Below the pieces are notes generated by a model. It worked only from the letters and a program-made list of their open reading frames with translations. It was not told the DNA's origin and did not search any database. This document shows, piece by piece, positions 63,981-64,000 of a stretch of 64,000 bases of DNA. A program made the position numbers and the translations under genes. The DNA lies in contig JAGVVD010000037.1 of the NCBI GenBank assembly GCA_019135865.1, positions 12,771 to 76,770 of the forward strand, read 5' to 3'. Source of the stretch: Elusimicrobiota bacterium (GTDB taxonomy: Bacteria; Elusimicrobiota; Elusimicrobia; Elusimicrobiales; UBA9959). The number at the start of each line of letters is the position of its first letter. Position 1 is the stretch's first letter.

Positions 63981-64000
63981 ATTCCTCAGAAATTAAGGTG

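Overview
High-GC, almost fully coding chromosomal window, mostly on the minus strand. The organism is diderm: lptD, pal/cpoB/tolB and several beta-barrel outer membrane proteins are present. I found no rRNA, tRNA or CRISPR array.

The main feature is a bacterial microcompartment (BMC) metabolosome locus.
- The core runs 8817-18092, probably to 19327, with a detached BMC-H gene at 200-493.
- Shell genes: 2 BMC-H, 2 PduT-like tandem BMC-T and 3 BMC-P.
- Enzymes: deoxyribose-phosphate aldolase, an atypical RpiB-like isomerase, an acylating aldehyde dehydrogenase, PduL, triosephosphate isomerase and a PduS/RnfC-like flavo-FeS oxidoreductase. An aminotransferase is tightly appended.
- This enzyme set matches the sugar-phosphate-utilisation (SPU) style of metabolosome. 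To my knowledge that type is known only from genome surveys and has not been characterised experimentally.
- There is no alcohol dehydrogenase. Three cargo enzymes share an N-terminal amphipathic encapsulation-peptide-like helix.

The locus is interrupted in two ways.
- A visibly lower-GC ~8 kb island (616-8448) carries an 8x IPT/TIG-repeat surface protein with a T9SS/FlgD-Ig-like C-terminal domain, a PorV/PorQ-like barrel, and a Big_1 plus M15A-peptidase secreted protein with a downstream secreted partner.
- It also contains copies of a structured ~150-nt intergenic repeat family, present at four loci in the window: 13215-13362, 15146-15388, 27048-27378 and 42807-43161.

The rest is housekeeping: GH57 glycogen genes, tdh-like/kbl, purH-like, ligA, nusB, SPFH, hemW, polyprenyl synthase/menA, pal-cpoB-tolB followed by an IS5-like transposase fragment, tdk, then a long compact minus-strand gene train (lptD, glk, folC, murA, prmC, prfA, rpmE, M23 peptidase, rho, coaE, rhomboid, polA), trxA, a response regulator, a phosphoesterase and smc.

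Several enzymes have degenerate catalytic motifs (Tdh-like, PurH-like, RpiB-like). All calls come from reading the translated ORFs and the DNA by eye. No searches were run, and comparisons to reference proteins are from memory.
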